Assembly: GCA_016839605.1 (NCBI GenBank)
Contig: JAEOTX010000100.1
Coordinates: 1-49,224 of the forward strand
DNA length: 49,224 nucleotides
Source of the DNA: Candidatus Thorarchaeota archaeon
GTDB lineage: Archaea > Asgardarchaeota > Thorarchaeia > Thorarchaeales > Thorarchaeaceae
Reading direction: 5' to 3'
Shown: positions 36,592 to 45,622 of the stretch, one piece after another
Numbering within the stretch: the first letter of the stretch is position 1
Layout: each line of letters starts with the position of its first letter
Notes under the pieces: generated by a model
Database searches by the model: none
Told to the model about the DNA's origin: nothing
Seen by the model: the letters and a program-made list of their open reading frames with translations, nothing else
Made by a program: the position numbers and the translations under genes

Positions 36592-37446
36592 TTATTGAGG
36601 TACGCCACACCATGGACACACCTTGGTGCCAGCTCTAAATGTTCTGCCGCAAGAGAAACAAAACGTTCTATCTTCTCGGCTATCTGAACTCTCACTGAAT
36701 GGACTGAGTTCTCCCTGAGCAAACAAGGAACCAACACCTTCTGCATCGCCTGAACGAATACTACATGTTGAGCCAGTTGCCCCTTCCCCTTCTCCGAATA
36801 GATTGCTCAGGTCTGCATAGGAGTCGGATCTTTCGGGCTCTCCAAAGGATGAGGCTGTTTCTATAGGTGTGGATGCTTCATGACGTCCCCACGGACTTGG
36901 GTCACGCTCAGGATAACTTCTCGGTTGCAAGCTTCGATCTAGTGAATCGAAATCTTTGCGGTAATCATCTCCACCATACCCTCTATCAACAGCGGGTTGG
37001 TTTGCTAGGGACGAACCATAGCTATCATACTCACCTCGAGAGCCTCTGTCTGCGTAGCCCCTCGCGGATTCGATGAACCTGATGTGCGCATCACCCTTCA
37101 AACGCTCATATTCGTCTGGTGTTAGACCCAGCATTTCCAGCGCACGATCTCTCTCAGCGCATCTTTTTGACATTGGACAACAGAAAGAAAGGCTTGCGTG
37201 GCAAAGTGATGCCATCGCTCTGTCTTGTCGAGACTTAAAGATAGGAGTTATTCGGCGTCTACCAAGGACAAGTGAATCGCCACTTGAACGAAGTTCTGCG
37301 TAACCACTCTGAGCAAGTGCCTCCACTATCTCCCTCGCTGGATATGCCCTCCCTTCAATCACTATATGTCCTTCAGTCTTATCTAATCGTACAGGACGTT
37401 CCACGTCTCTGTCATCTTCACGGCTTGGGTATCTCGTGATAGCCAC
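36592..37446 (-). CDS. Hypothetical protein with Cys cluster (methanogenesis-marker-9-like repeat), disordered linker and C-terminal zinc ribbon
   Basis: CHASLSFCCPMSKRC..RD.AL..LGLT.DEY..LK; C-term CFSCG......CPWCG. Confidence 0.6.
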   Translation of the reverse strand: MAITRYPSREDDRDVERPVRLDKTEGHIVIEGRAYPAREIVEALAQSGYAELRSSGDSLVLGRRRITPIFKSRQDRAMASLCHASLSFCCPMSKRCAERDRALEMLGLTPDEYERLKGDAHIRFIESARGYADRGSRGEYDSYGSSLANQPAVDRGYGGDDYRKDFDSLDRSLQPRSYPERDPSPWGRHEASTPIETASSFGEPERSDSYADLSNLFGEGEGATGSTCSIRSGDAEGVGSLFAQGELSPFSESSDSREDRTFCFSCGRTFRAGTKVCPWCGVPQ

Positions 37447-37588
37447 CTCTAGGAATTATGACTAAGTGTCATATCCTAATGCCCTCTGTGCAATACAGGT
37501 GTATGTATTATCTGGGTCTGATACGGGATGGTTATATACTAGCATGAAGTCAATAGGGTTCAGCGGTTCTTATGGAGGAAAAGCAGTT

Positions 37589-37951
37589 ATGGGTTACAAA
37601 GCTGAAGGTGCTGCACAGGGGTTCACTGTGTTAGGTGGCATTGTACTTGTAGTGATTGCAGTCCAGATGATAAACAGCGGTATCAATTCTCTTGGCGGAG
37701 ATGGCTTGATTGATGTCATTGTAGGCATTGTGCTAATCCTAATGGTTGCTCTTTCCTACGATGCATGCGGTCTTATTCTTTGGAAGATGCGTCGAAACGG
37801 GGCATATCTGACAATATTCGGATTGTTCTCGATTTTCATTGTTCTTCGTAACTTCAGTTTCGACCCCCTTGGATGGTTGATGAATTCCGGAACATTGGCT
37901 GGATTCATGATTTTGATAGCTGGAATTCTTCTTCTCACAAGATCACAATAA
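37589..37951 (+). CDS. Small four-TM membrane protein
   Basis: GGAGG upstream of ATG 37589; four hydrophobic segments. Confidence 0.65.
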   Translation: MGYKAEGAAQGFTVLGGIVLVVIAVQMINSGINSLGGDGLIDVIVGIVLILMVALSYDACGLILWKMRRNGAYLTIFGLFSIFIVLRNFSFDPLGWLMNSGTLAGFMILIAGILLLTRSQ

Positions 37952-38085
37952 CAAGAACGAACGAGCCTGTCTTTGGCTCGCTTATCTCTACTTTTCAATA
38001 GACGCCTTTCACTCAGACCGGCATCGCAAATTACATAATGGAGAAGATATCGCTCGCTAGATATAGTCCAAGGACAGTGTAAGCT

Positions 38086-39435
38086 ATGGATGAAAAGCAT
38101 ATACGAATTCTTCGAGACCTCGGTTTCGATGACATTAGCGAGAAGAACATGACAAACAAGTACTGGAAGAGTAGGGGGGCAGATGCCCTTGCTCTGACCA
38201 CCCAAGACCGCGATGTCTACGGTTGTGTAGACCACACAAGAGGAGAAGGAGTCCGAATATTCGATGTAGAAGGCACCGAATATCTTGATGTGACAGGTGG
38301 CGTTGCTGTACGTGCTTTTGGACTAAGGTACAAACCATACCTGGACTTCCAGGAAAGTATCATTGATGTTGTACATGAGTTACCCGGAATGGACTTTGAT
38401 GCGATTCCCCAGACACTTCTGGCTGAAAAAGTGGCTTCAATAACTCCAGGAAACCACAAGAAGCGAGTTGTATTTACCACGTCCGGAGGTCGTGCAGTAG
38501 AGGGATGCATGAAGTCGGCGATGGACCTTTCTGGTCGCAGAAGATTCGTAGCATTTCGTCCTGCATTCCATGGACGTACAGGTTATGCCCTTGCACTAAC
38601 ATCTTCCAACTCGAAACACAAGTCTGGTTTTCCACAGGGTGTAGATGTCATCCGCATAGCCTATCCTTATTGTTATCGCTGTCCATACGGTCAGGATGTT
38701 GAAGACTGCAACTTGGAGTGCGTGGAGCATCTTCGATATGCACTACAGGTTGAAGGAGATGACATTGCTGCCTTTGTGATGGAAGCACTTTCCGGAGAAG
38801 GAGGGCTCATTGTTCCTCCTGCTAAAGCAGTGCAGGGATTCTACGAGTTGGCAAAGGAAGTCGGTGCATACTTCATGTCAGATGAAGTTCAGGCAGGAAT
38901 GGGACGAACTGGCAAATGGTGCGCTATAGAGAATCATGGAGTTGTACCTGATTACGTTTCAATGGGCAAAGCAATAGGCGGGGGATACCCAATGGGCGCC
39001 TCTATTGGCCCAGCTCCAATGTTTACTGGCGGTTCTCGCCACTCCGAAACGTTCTCAGCAGAGCCTAAGATGGGCCTCCTCTCCCTCTGGATACTCAAAC
39101 ACATTGAGGATGGTGGATATCTCAAAAAGAATGCAGAGCATGGTGCCTATTTCCTCAAGTTGCTCAATGAATTGAAAGACAAGCATCAGGTCGTTGGCGA
39201 TGTACGAGGAATGGGTCTCATGATGGGTATTGAGTTTGTTAAGGACAAGAAATCCAAGGAGAAGGCTCCCAAGCTGAGAAATGCCATTGTGAAGAACGCT
39301 GTTCAGAAACAACAGCTCTGGGTATTGGGTGCAGGACAGAACGTAATGCGTCTGACACCAAGCTATGTGATTACAAAAGAGAACATAGACGAAGCTGTTG
39401 ACCGTATTGACAAGGCTATCAAAGAATCGGTTTGA
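38086..39435 (+). CDS. Class III PLP aminotransferase (GabT/ornithine-type)
   Basis: G..IFDV.G.EYLD, AFHGRT, CYRCP, SDEVQAG.GRTG, PD...MGK.IGGG, VRG.GLM.G.E. Confidence 0.92.
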   Translation: MDEKHIRILRDLGFDDISEKNMTNKYWKSRGADALALTTQDRDVYGCVDHTRGEGVRIFDVEGTEYLDVTGGVAVRAFGLRYKPYLDFQESIIDVVHELPGMDFDAIPQTLLAEKVASITPGNHKKRVVFTTSGGRAVEGCMKSAMDLSGRRRFVAFRPAFHGRTGYALALTSSNSKHKSGFPQGVDVIRIAYPYCYRCPYGQDVEDCNLECVEHLRYALQVEGDDIAAFVMEALSGEGGLIVPPAKAVQGFYELAKEVGAYFMSDEVQAGMGRTGKWCAIENHGVVPDYVSMGKAIGGGYPMGASIGPAPMFTGGSRHSETFSAEPKMGLLSLWILKHIEDGGYLKKNAEHGAYFLKLLNELKDKHQVVGDVRGMGLMMGIEFVKDKKSKEKAPKLRNAIVKNAVQKQQLWVLGAGQNVMRLTPSYVITKENIDEAVDRIDKAIKESV

Positions 39436-39444
39436 TAGTTTCAG

Positions 39445-39492
39445 CAAAAAAGAAAGAAAACTCATCTCCAGACTTCATGAGCTGGAGATGAG
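39445..39492 (-). terminator. 11-bp hairpin plus T-tract terminating the 39503-39835 gene (possibly bidirectional)
   Basis: CTCATCTCCAG-N10-CTGGAGATGAG with an A-rich run at 39446-39460 (T-tract on minus strand). Confidence 0.65.
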
Positions 39493-39502
39493 AATCATTT
39501 GC

Positions 39503-39835
39503 TTATAGAAACCAGAGAATTGCACCCAGAATGACTAGAATGCCACCTAGGTCACTGGCGAACAAGACCATCAAGATGCCCATGAGCAGGACAATAATGA
39601 ACTTGTTAGTCTTTCCAAAGTCAAGTGCACTGATTTTCAGGAAGCCGCTGTTCACCAATGCGATAAGTGAAAACAATATTGCTAGAATTCCCAAAATCAA
39701 ACCGTCTGCGAAAAAGCCGCCAAGTGGATTAACGAATCCAAAAGGTATATTCAGAATCAATAGGATTCCTTGGATTAACCCAATTAGTGCACCCAGGAGG
39801 ACCAGAAGGTCTCCGATTTTATCCATGTCTGCCAT
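39503..39835 (-). CDS. Small four-TM membrane protein, probable paralog of 37589-37951
   Basis: AAGGAG upstream; hydrophobic; shared G.L.ILG.IL C-terminal pattern. Confidence 0.7.
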   Translation of the reverse strand: MADMDKIGDLLVLLGALIGLIQGILLILNIPFGFVNPLGGFFADGLILGILAILFSLIALVNSGFLKISALDFGKTNKFIIVLLMGILMVLFASDLGGILVILGAILWFL

Positions 39836-40099
39836 TGCATATTACTCCTTCAATGTACCTCCCAGCAACTCACATAGAAACTCAGTTCTGCTGTGCGAAT
39901 AACAACCAACCATCATTGATTCTTCATCATGATGGCGTCTTTAGGGTGCATGCCCTAAATTCACCCAGCATTACCTCACTCCATATGGTTAGGGATAGTC
40001 AAGTCCGCTTTCATGCGTCTATTTAACCTAACCGGATTAGTTGTTCTGACTACCTTAATATGGTATGAACTGGCATGAGTTTCTGCTCTTGGTGCAAGA

Positions 40100-41464
40100 G
40101 TGTGTTGCTCTATGGTTGAAGCGCCTGAAGAAAAAGGTGAAATATCCACCGAAACCGCATCAGGAATTTTGAAGTACTCTGGCGATATTGAAGCAAGCAT
40201 CGAGATTCCAAACGGCGCCGATATTCTCATCTATAGCAAAGATCAGTCCTACCTAACTCATGGCATTCACAAGTTTCCTGCAAAGTTCTTTCCTGAATTG
40301 CCACGCTATCTAATTGACCACTACTCAAAGAAGGGTGAAACAGTACTAGACCCAATGTGTGGTAGTGGAACTGTTGTTCTTGAGGCGTATCTAAGGAGTC
40401 GTGCAGCCATAGGTATTGACATTGATCCAATGGCCAGACTAATCACCAAAGTAAAGACAACTCCAATTGACGTTTCAGTCCTAGACGATGTTCGAGATTG
40501 GCTTCTGGGTCGGCTGATACAAAGTCAATCCGATTCAAGATATTGTCCCGAGATTCCCGAGTTCAATTATAGAGATAACTGGTTCCGCGATTTTGTGCTC
40601 CATGAACTCGGTATCATCAGAGATGGAATTTACCAATTCAGGGAGTCATCATTGTCGGAAGCACTCCCCTCGCATTCAGCATCTGCTGTTTATGATTTCC
40701 TCAGGATAGTATTCTCTTCGATAATCAGAGATGTATCAAATGCAGATCCTCATTGCACACGAACTGTGATACGGCAAAAGCTGCAAAAGAAAATCGAGCC
40801 TGGAGAAACAGTAGAGAAATTTCGTGAAACACTAGAGCAGCAATTGAAGGGGATGCGGGATCTTTTCATAATAACAAAGGCTCTGAATCTTATGAAGCCG
40901 GTCCTACCAGAGTCCAACGCTGCATCCACAGGATTGGAGTCCGAATCTGTGGACTTGGCAGTCACCTCACCTCCCTACATCAATGCGGTTGACTATCCTA
41001 GAACTCATCAACTGGAGATGTATTGGCTTGGGCTTGTTGAGGATGGGCCACTCTCGAAAATGAAGCGGAGATACATCGGAACTGAGACCGTCTACAAGAA
41101 AGAATATGCTCAATTAAGGACAACTGGAATCACTTCATTAGATTCACTCTTGGCCAAAATCTTCGACATAGATCCACGCCGGTCCTACATTGTATTCAAG
41201 TTTTTTGAAGACATGAAGCAGCAATTTATCGAAACATATCGAATACTACGCCCTGGGGGTTATTACTGTGTAGCAATAGGGAATAACCTGATTCGGGGTT
41301 ATCCTGTTCACTCACACAGTATTCTGACTGAGATTGCCACGTCGGAGGAAGTGGGTTTCACTCTTACGAAGTCATTCTTCTCTGGTGTCATCCGACACTT
41401 CATCAAGATTCCGCGAAAGGAACGCATGGCGGGAGAATGGGTCCTAGTTCTAAGGAAACCCTAA
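40100..41464 (+). CDS. Site-specific DNA methyltransferase (N4-C/N6-A; SPPY)
   Basis: THGIHKFPAKF, VLDPMCGSGT (motif I), VTSPPY (motif IV), LRPGG; start may be ATG 40112. Confidence 0.85.
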   Translation: MCCSMVEAPEEKGEISTETASGILKYSGDIEASIEIPNGADILIYSKDQSYLTHGIHKFPAKFFPELPRYLIDHYSKKGETVLDPMCGSGTVVLEAYLRSRAAIGIDIDPMARLITKVKTTPIDVSVLDDVRDWLLGRLIQSQSDSRYCPEIPEFNYRDNWFRDFVLHELGIIRDGIYQFRESSLSEALPSHSASAVYDFLRIVFSSIIRDVSNADPHCTRTVIRQKLQKKIEPGETVEKFRETLEQQLKGMRDLFIITKALNLMKPVLPESNAASTGLESESVDLAVTSPPYINAVDYPRTHQLEMYWLGLVEDGPLSKMKRRYIGTETVYKKEYAQLRTTGITSLDSLLAKIFDIDPRRSYIVFKFFEDMKQQFIETYRILRPGGYYCVAIGNNLIRGYPVHSHSILTEIATSEEVGFTLTKSFFSGVIRHFIKIPRKERMAGEWVLVLRKP

Positions 41465-41477
41465 TCATTGAGTGCAT

Positions 41478-42146
41478 CTACTTGTCAACTGGCCACAGGA
41501 ATTGCCGAATGCCCTTCATGATGTCTGTCATCACTTTGAGGGAATCCTCAACACCGCCAGGGACTTCCATACTATGGTTTGCATCATCAACGACTATCAA
41601 TTTTCCACTAGATGCAGCCTTGACCTGGTCTAGGAGATCCTTGTCATAGTGCGGGTCGGATGTACCTATGACAAATAGAGAATGGGGTTGATGTTTAGCA
41701 ATCTGTTTGACAAGATGAGGCATTTTGATGAGGGGTGTATGCCAGATTACTGTGCTTCTTCTTGTGTTGGAGAATGTGTCAAGTAGTTGGCCAATGGCAA
41801 GAGTGCCAAGGGACTTTCCAACAAGAATTCTGAGTTCCGCGTCTATGAACTCCGTAGCTACTTTGAAAGCTTCTTCAACATCCGCATAGAGCCATTTTTG
41901 TTTATCCCCCCACTCAAGACTGCCAAACTCTGAAATGTTCATGTAGTTGTAATCCACACTTAGCACGTTGATACGATTCTCGAGCAAGAGATTGATTGTG
42001 TAATGAAGCAGTGGTCCTTGGGAGGTATAGCCCCTCCCAGGAAAAACAATAGCCAGCTTTTCACTGGGTGCTTTGAGTCTCAGATAGGTATTCGGAACGG
42101 ACTTACCATCATAACCCATTATGTCAATGCTCTCAAACGAATACAT
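41478..42146 (-). CDS. Alpha/beta hydrolase
   Basis: PGRGY....PLL.Y, GKSLG nucleophile elbow, GTSD, ANHS triad motifs; ATG 42146 more plausible than 42281. Confidence 0.85.
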   Translation of the reverse strand: MYSFESIDIMGYDGKSVPNTYLRLKAPSEKLAIVFPGRGYTSQGPLLHYTINLLLENRINVLSVDYNYMNISEFGSLEWGDKQKWLYADVEEAFKVATEFIDAELRILVGKSLGTLAIGQLLDTFSNTRRSTVIWHTPLIKMPHLVKQIAKHQPHSLFVIGTSDPHYDKDLLDQVKAASSGKLIVVDDANHSMEVPGGVEDSLKVMTDIMKGIRQFLWPVDK

Positions 42147-42293
42147 GGGATGCTGCTTCTCTCTATAGTTGATAAGAACTACGTATGAACGCGCCAAAGA
42201 TGAAATACGAATCCTTATTTGGGGATACCCTGGGTGAATTCCAGAACAATCAGGAGGTATGATAAAACATGGTATCAACATTCAGGTGGGATC

Positions 42294-42527
42294 GTGTTTG
42301 CACAGCGCTCATTCTTAGCTCTACCTCCGTCTGCGAAGTTCTTGTACGTGCTGCTTAAGAACAGGCGCCGGATGTCCCGGCAGGACCTGATCAGCAACAC
42401 CTTCTTGCCTCCCAGGACTGTGAACTACGGCCTCAGTCGACTGAAGGACCTTGGTTTAATCCGGGAGCATAAACATGGCATGGATAAGCGGATGGCGGTC
42501 TACGAGCTAATTTCGGCGCCGATGTAG
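42294..42527 (+). CDS. Small winged-HTH (MarR-like) regulator
   Basis: LPPSAK..Y..L, MS.QDL...T.LP.RTV.Y.L.RL...GLI, D.R...Y; GTG after AGGTGGG. Confidence 0.8.
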   Translation: MFAQRSFLALPPSAKFLYVLLKNRRRMSRQDLISNTFLPPRTVNYGLSRLKDLGLIREHKHGMDKRMAVYELISAPM

Positions 42528-42673
42528 TCTAGTATGTACAAGAAACGATATCTCTGGGCTTATCTCAGGGATGTCGTTTCAATGTTTATTGAACTGCCTT
42601 TCAGCGGCTTGTGCCAAAAGCCTCATAATGAAATCAGGGGGGATTCTGTTCTGGAATACTGAGGCGAAATCAG

Positions 42674-44032
42674 ATGGACTTCTATAGCGATGCAGGTGTC
42701 GAGCCAATCGGCGAAGGAATCCGAACTCACTTCAGCAGTGAGATTACTGCGGAGATTGCAGGCACTGATGTCATCATAATGGGCTGGGTCCACATTCTGC
42801 GTGACAAGGGGAAGATAAAGTTCCTCGTTCTCCGAGATGAACAAGGTCAGTGCCAAGTTACTATTCCTCAAGCCAAGGTCTCTGAGGAAGTCTTCGAGGT
42901 TTCTGGACAACTAAAGCCAGAGTATGCTGTGGCTGTTAAGGGCAAAGTTGTAGCTGCTAAGCAAGTCGCCTCTGGTGCTGAGATAATTCCTACTCAGATT
43001 CGAATAATCAATACTGCTCAGCGTCTTCCCATCGATGTTGTCGAGGGTAAGGTGGACATTGATTTGGATACTCGTCTAAATCACAGAGTTCTTGATCTTC
43101 GTAAGCCGTCCATCAATGCCATCTTTCGAATCCAACACTCTCTAGTAAGATTCGCACGCGAGTATCTAGAGTCAAATGGATTTGTGGAGATTCACACTCC
43201 CAAGATCGTAGCTGAGGCCACAGAGGGTGGGGCAAATCTGTTTGAAATCAAGTACTTCGATAAGAAGGCCTACCTGGCTCAGAGTCCACAATTCTACAAG
43301 CAGTTGATGATTCTTGCAGGGTTTGGTAGGGTCTTTGAGATTGCTCCAGTCTTCAGAGCTGAGAAACACAACACCAGACGGCATGTCAACGAATATACGT
43401 CGTTTGACTACGAGATGGCATGGATATCGAGTGTGGATGATGTAATGAAGATGGAAGAACAAATGCTCGTCCATGCATTTCAGAAGACCTCGGAAGTAGC
43501 AGCAAATGAACTAGAGGTGCTTGGTGTTGAGCTAATAGTTCCCAAATTACCCTTCAAGAGAATCAAGTACGACAAGGCCATTGACCTGCTTAACAGTGAA
43601 GGGAAGGAGCTAGCCATCACTGACGACATTGACCCTGAGGCTGAGCGTCTTCTCGGGACGATATTCCCTGAGAAATTCGGAACAGACATGGTCTTTCTCA
43701 CACACTATCCATTAGAGCTGAGACCAGCTTACACTATGCCCAGCATGACTGACGAAGGAATGACTGAGAGCTTCGATTTGACATACAAGGGCATGGAGAT
43801 CACAACTGGTAGTCAGAGAATACATCTCTATGACCTTCTGGTTGAGAGGTTCAAAGCAAAGGGATTCAACCCAAACCACTTTGCGTTCTATCTTGATCCT
43901 TTCAAGTATGGCGCACCGCCTCATGGCGGTCTAGGCTTAGGAGTGGAACGATTAACAATGCAACTACTAGGTATTGAGAATGTCCGAGAGGCTACACTCC
44001 TTCCTCGGGACAGAGACCGAATAACACCATAA
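42674..44032 (+). CDS. aspS: Aspartyl-tRNA synthetase, archaeal type
   Basis: RTH, GWVH..RDKG...F..LRD, RL.HR.LDLR, EGGA.LF, LAQSPQ.YKQ, FRAE.H.T.RH..E, PPHGG.GLG.ER. Confidence 0.95.
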   Translation: MDFYSDAGVEPIGEGIRTHFSSEITAEIAGTDVIIMGWVHILRDKGKIKFLVLRDEQGQCQVTIPQAKVSEEVFEVSGQLKPEYAVAVKGKVVAAKQVASGAEIIPTQIRIINTAQRLPIDVVEGKVDIDLDTRLNHRVLDLRKPSINAIFRIQHSLVRFAREYLESNGFVEIHTPKIVAEATEGGANLFEIKYFDKKAYLAQSPQFYKQLMILAGFGRVFEIAPVFRAEKHNTRRHVNEYTSFDYEMAWISSVDDVMKMEEQMLVHAFQKTSEVAANELEVLGVELIVPKLPFKRIKYDKAIDLLNSEGKELAITDDIDPEAERLLGTIFPEKFGTDMVFLTHYPLELRPAYTMPSMTDEGMTESFDLTYKGMEITTGSQRIHLYDLLVERFKAKGFNPNHFAFYLDPFKYGAPPHGGLGLGVERLTMQLLGIENVREATLLPRDRDRITP

Positions 44033-44114
44033 TAATGGTGAGCCAATAATACTCTCTCTTATAGTAGCAATCGACTATTCTCAAGTCGCAGTCCAGTCTG
44101 GGCTATACACTTGT

Positions 44115-44888
44115 ATGAAGGTCTCTGTGATGCAAGAACGTCTTCAATCTGAACTCTTTGCCTCAATAGCCACACTTGACCAACTGAAGAAGATGTTCGA
44201 TATGGGAATTGTCGACATTGGGTCATATCAGAGGGAGTCTGAAGCATTGGCGAGTGAAGTCAAGGCTAACATCGCGGACTTGAAGCGAATCGGTCTCGAT
44301 TTTGGTACTTTCATTCAGACTGAACGTGTAGCAGAGCGGTTTCCTGATGCTGTTATGCTTCTTGATCTCTCCCGACGTGAAAATCGCTTCCGCGGCGACA
44401 ATATGACTATGGACGAATACTATGACCACATTGGCCTTGCGATTCTTGATGTGGCAACAGCACATGCCTCAAAGGGTCTCATGGGCTTAGCCGAGCTCAT
44501 TGTAGAAGTTGTGAAGCGCATGCCTGAGCTAAAGGCTATCAGTTATAGCGACGTGATTGAGGCGGTCAATCGTGTAGCTGAACATGGGCTTATTCCTGGA
44601 ATTCGAACGCTTCGCGGGGGTGTGAAAGTTGTCGAGCTCCGCCCACTCGAGCTTAGAAGGGACCAAGCGGATGTGGTCAATCTTGCAGCATCAAAGGGAT
44701 ATGTTTCCGTAGAGGAAGTAATGATGCTCATGAAGTGGTCCGAGGATCATGCACGACAAGTGCTCTCTAGTCTAGTAGATGCTGGAATGGCTGTGGCGGA
44801 TATTCGATTCTCCACAGGCGGAAGGTATTACTTCCCAGGTCTACGCGCCAGAGAAAGCAGCGATGGTAGGGCTACGCCCTCTCGTTAG
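44115..44888 (+). CDS. ESCRT Vps28 N-terminal core fused to Vps22/Vps36 (EAP30) tandem winged-helix domain
   Basis: N-term SELFASIATLDQLKKMF..G.V....Y (Vps28 core-like); C-term DEYY..IG..I.DV, GLM.L.EL, D...A, EL..DQ..V...A...GYVS...W....A...L..LV..G....D, YYFP (EAP30). Confidence 0.75.
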   Translation: MKVSVMQERLQSELFASIATLDQLKKMFDMGIVDIGSYQRESEALASEVKANIADLKRIGLDFGTFIQTERVAERFPDAVMLLDLSRRENRFRGDNMTMDEYYDHIGLAILDVATAHASKGLMGLAELIVEVVKRMPELKAISYSDVIEAVNRVAEHGLIPGIRTLRGGVKVVELRPLELRRDQADVVNLAASKGYVSVEEVMMLMKWSEDHARQVLSSLVDAGMAVADIRFSTGGRYYFPGLRARESSDGRATPSR

Positions 44889-45619
44889 ACGATAATCTTA
44901 ATCGCACCTTTCTTCTTATCCACCCAACTAGCAAGACCCTTTTCTACCATGATAAGAAGAACCCGGTGAAGGTCTTTTTCTGGAAGTTTCGCGAAGCTGT
45001 AGTCCTCTTCCTGAATCACGATTGACTTCACGTCTAGTCTCTGCTTTCCTGACTTCAATGCCCAATCATAGATGATGTCGACCCAATCCTCTAGGAATCT
45101 CCAGTAGACTCGTAATTGCCTTCGGTTCCTGTCCAACCACTCTGCAATCTCTTTCTGTACAAGCACCCCACAAATCAACTTGAATGAGTCGACCTTGTTT
45201 GTGATATCATTGAATGGGGGCTCTTTGATGAAGGCGGTTACTGATAAGACGTGAACATCCCGAGCTTCCATCCAACGAAGGACAAAATCTGACCACTCCT
45301 CGGCCCACATATCCCTATCTTCTTCGCGAGGAGGTATGCCGTACATCCACTCTGTCTGTCTGAGGTCTCCCCAAGGGGGCATCAGAATGACTTCTTCTGG
45401 CTCAACTAAAGCTTCCTCAATCTTGACCGCTACATCCTCAGTTTCCTCAACGGTTGTCGTTTCCTTATGCTTTACTACTACCTCTGGCTTATGGGTTGAT
45501 TCAACTTCCGCTTCGTTTTCCTTAACTGGAGTAGGTTCTTCCACCTTGGATTCTGTTTCTGTGGTTTCAGGGGCAGATTTGGTCTTCTCTTTCTCTCTGC
45601 GCCGTTCTCTGACCCCCAC
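44885..45619 (-). CDS. vps25: ESCRT-II subunit Vps25 with acidic N-terminal extension
   Basis: PPW, R..W...W.DFVL.W, PPF, AEW....R...VYW...E.W...IYDW, two WH domains; next to vps4. Confidence 0.82.
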   Translation of the reverse strand: MGVRERRREKEKTKSAPETTETESKVEEPTPVKENEAEVESTHKPEVVVKHKETTTVEETEDVAVKIEEALVEPEEVILMPPWGDLRQTEWMYGIPPREEDRDMWAEEWSDFVLRWMEARDVHVLSVTAFIKEPPFNDITNKVDSFKLICGVLVQKEIAEWLDRNRRQLRVYWRFLEDWVDIIYDWALKSGKQRLDVKSIVIQEEDYSFAKLPEKDLHRVLLIMVEKGLASWVDKKKGAIKIIV

Positions 45620-45622
45620 TCC

